DNA of 63,632 nt, counting the filler, from Perkinsus chesapeaki ATCC PRA-425 (taxonomy: Eukaryota > Protista > Perkinsozoa): NCBI GenBank assembly GCA_013115145.1. It is 7 parts of 7 records of this genome, joined end to end, with 100 filler letters (N's around TTAATTAATTAA, not from the genome) between each part and the next. Parts side by side here need not be neighbours in the genome. Positions count along the whole stretch, not along the records: positions 62,214 to 63,632 come from JAAPAO010001971.1; 6 more parts are not named here. One strand, written 5' to 3'. The position numbers were made by a program, and so were the translations under genes. The notes below the pieces were generated by a model. The model was not told the DNA's origin and made no database searches. It worked only from the letters and a program-made list of their open reading frames with translations. Below, one piece after another: positions 62,214-63,632 of this stretch; the stretch's first letter is position 1; every line of letters starts with the position of its first letter.

Positions 62214-62784
62214 CATCATCGAATCATGTATCGAGAATGTGGATTTTCCAACAAGTTAATGAGCTGGGTCTCTTCACCTCATGCGTTCCTGGTACCGAAT
62301 GCCCATTCATACAAGATGAAGATGCTCCTAAAGTGTGGACCAGGATCGCCAACGCTATGGGGTTCACCGAGGCACAGGTAGCAAGAGATCTAGTTACTAG
62401 TATCTACCTCGTGTTTTCATATAGGTTGCCGACAATGTCGAACATTTCAATAGACTCAAGGGTGGAAAGCTGTGGAAGGATTACAACATTTTTTTCATAC
62501 ATGGGAGCAGTGACCCATGGAAGAATCTATTAGGAAGCCTTCGTGGGCAAATATCCGACGACCAAGCAATTTGGGTAGCGCCCGATTATGATTCGCTACC
62601 TTACAGTTTATCCTTTGCCAGATTGAATCGGCTTCTCATATCTACTGGGGACTACCACAGTCCAAAAATCTTCCTGCCACAAGGTGATCACTATAAATAT
62701 CTCTTTTTTCATGCCTTATTTTTCAGGGCCCTGATCGATCATCTCGAGAATGTCATCAACGCGTTCGTCGCCAAGGAAAGCTAA
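62214..62784 (+). CDS. Serine carboxypeptidase S28-family peptidase, C-terminal exons
   Basis: RMWIFQQVNELGLFTSC..CPF, NIFFIHGSSDPW, IESASH (catalytic Asp/His region) joined by GT-AG introns. Confidence 0.7.
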
Positions 62785-62997
62785 CGCTTCCGATACTATC
62801 AAAGTGCTATCATATGGCTTCCAGCCAACTATGACAGCGGCTTCACTTCTCACGCACTGGAAAAGCAGCTCAAAGCCTACTTCGTAGGTAGCTTCTCCAA
62901 GTTTCAGGACTTTTCATTTGTTGGCGTTGCGAGGAATAAGGAAGTTGTGTTGTCTACCTTCGTTCCTGATTTGGTAGCTTTTGAACCACCTTCGACT

Positions 62998-63632
62998 ATG
63001 GTTGGCTCTCTGTTTTTCTTGGTTCTAGCTTCCGCTACTGGTTTCCTTCTCCAGCATGTGCCTACCGGTGTTCAACAACAGAAATGGAGGAAGTTCATAG
63101 GGGAAGATGGCGAAATCTTCTTGGACGCCGGTGGCCTGATCTTCATTGACCCAGGTTGCACATGTCCACTGAATGGTGCAACTTCAACGACGACAACAAG
63201 TCAATCTCCACCGATCACTACAAGTGGAACTTCTGTGACCACAACAACTCCACGGCCCCCAACTGAACAAAGACGGAAGGGATTCATAGGAGAAGATGGG
63301 CGACTCTTCTGGAAAGTGGACTTCGAAACCTTGGACAATAGCATAAGCTGTGCCTGCCCATGGCGCAACACAACAACAACAACAACAACAACAACTACAA
63401 CTACAACAACAACAACAACAACTACAACTACAACTACAACTACAACTACCACCACTACTACAACTACAACTACAACTACAACTACCACCACTACTACTAC
63501 TACTAGACGGAGGGGATTCATAGAAGAAGATGGGCGAATTTCCTGGGATGCGGACTTCAGTACCTCGCAAAGTAGCATAAGCTGTGCCTGCCCATTGCGC
63601 AACACTACAAGAACAACAACAACAACAACAAC
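62998..63632 (+). CDS. Secreted mucin-like protein with repeated FIGEDG...CxCP modules; runs off the window end
   Basis: ATG at 62998, MVGSLFFLVLASATG signal peptide, no stop to 63632; three modules separated by Thr tracts; absent from the ORF track. Confidence 0.8.
   Translation, partial: MVGSLFFLVLASATGFLLQHVPTGVQQQKWRKFIGEDGEIFLDAGGLIFIDPGCTCPLNGATSTTTTSQSPPITTSGTSVTTTTPRPPTEQRRKGFIGEDGRLFWKVDFETLDNSISCACPWRNTTTTTTTTTTTTTTTTTTTTTTTTTTTTTTTTTTTTTTTTTTTTTRRRGFIEEDGRISWDADFSTSQSSISCACPLRNTTRTTTTTT

Noticed and set aside
59457-63605. Poly-Val, poly-Cys and Ser/Gly/Arg ORFs (59457, 59542, 59926, 63184, 63201)
   Set aside because: They are antisense or off-frame shadows of the ACx Thr repeats in the two mucin genes.
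1-63632. CRISPR arrays, rRNA and prokaryotic defence systems
   Set aside because: No repeat-spacer array with unique spacers, no rRNA signature and no operon-like prokaryotic genes; the sequence is intron-rich and eukaryotic.

Overview
Eukaryotic protist DNA with short (about 40-60 nt) GT-AG introns and dense gene packing. Gene style and content suggest Perkinsus (Perkinsozoa, Alveolata); this is an inference, not a database result. The window is not one contiguous sequence: six 100-nt N/TTAATTAATTAA/N linkers join separate contigs, so adjacency across them is unproven. Recognisable genes: a TPR protein, Na+/solute symporter, class-V PLP aminotransferase (cysteine-desulfurase-like), three tandem pyruvate kinases, a PKD2/TRPP-like channel, an atypical MAPK-like kinase, gamma-SNAP, REXO1-like exonuclease, ALDH, XRN1, RPS18, a GT47 exostosin, a DCR2-like metallophosphoesterase, an S28 peptidase and several secreted/mucin-like proteins. 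Bases 1-9 kb are mostly degenerate transposon-like remnants, hairpins and satellite. Most interesting: (1) an apparently uninterrupted single-ORF retroelement polyprotein combining Gag, a CCCH zinc finger and an aspartic protease with a DIRS-type RT/RNase H; (2) a pyruvate kinase array with patchwork sequence identity, intron loss and a shared non-canonical N-terminal motif; (3) two Thr-rich proteins built from repeated small Cys modules I cannot assign to a family, both largely missed by the ORF track; (4) a tRNA-Phe-like 3' half inside a 48-nt intron.
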